Source of the DNA: Sphyrna mokarran
Taxonomy: Eukaryota
Reading direction: 5' to 3'
Assembly (NCBI GenBank): GCA_024679065.1
Contig: JAGIQG010000009.1
Span: forward strand, 107,322,001-107,386,000
DNA: 64,000 nucleotides
The notes under the pieces are model-generated. The model saw nothing but the letters and a program-made list of their open reading frames with translations, was not told the origin of the DNA and did no database searches. Both the position numbers and the translations under genes were made by a program. Below, in pieces: positions 63,937-64,000 of this stretch. Every line of letters starts with the position of its first letter. Within the stretch, counting starts at the first letter, position 1.

Positions 63937-64000
63937 AAAGACACCATTAGGCCGTATGCCGGCTTTTCGTAGGAACAACTGATCTACTATCACTCGCTGA

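Overview
Repeat-rich vertebrate genomic DNA. The tRNA-derived HE1/V-SINE-type SINEs, Deu-domain SINEs, CR1-type LINE fragments and Penelope-like hairpins point to a cartilaginous fish (shark); this is inference. Most ORFs in the supplied track are repeat-derived noise. Reading splice sites and phases by hand reveals a cluster of non-rearranging single VJ-type Ig-superfamily receptor genes, most like the NKp30/NCR3 family, arranged as a paired-receptor system. Gene A (+, 10459-19996) has a leader, an internally deleted V exon, a neutral TM and a tail with two ITIM-type motifs. It also has a candidate alternative Arg-containing TM exon that overlaps a tail exon in another frame and would remove the ITIMs. 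Gene B (-, 38009-32445) has a complete VJ domain, an Arg/Lys-containing TM and its own canonical ITAM (YTGL-x7-YNEL), split by a phase-0 intron. Gene C (+, 59872 to the window end) has a V domain about 76% identical to B's but dissimilar leader and neutral TM exons, followed by a stop-disrupted ITAM-like remnant. Also present: a pseudo-V exon in an intron of B, a decayed two-Ig-domain pseudogene (~40.4-42 kb), an old ~10 kb inverted duplication (1-10.7 kb vs 31.9-22.4 kb) carrying a dead copy of A's leader and promoter, a 24-bp minisatellite, a solo-LTR-like insertion and a 146-N gap. All gene models are manual predictions without transcript support; repeat boundaries are approximate.
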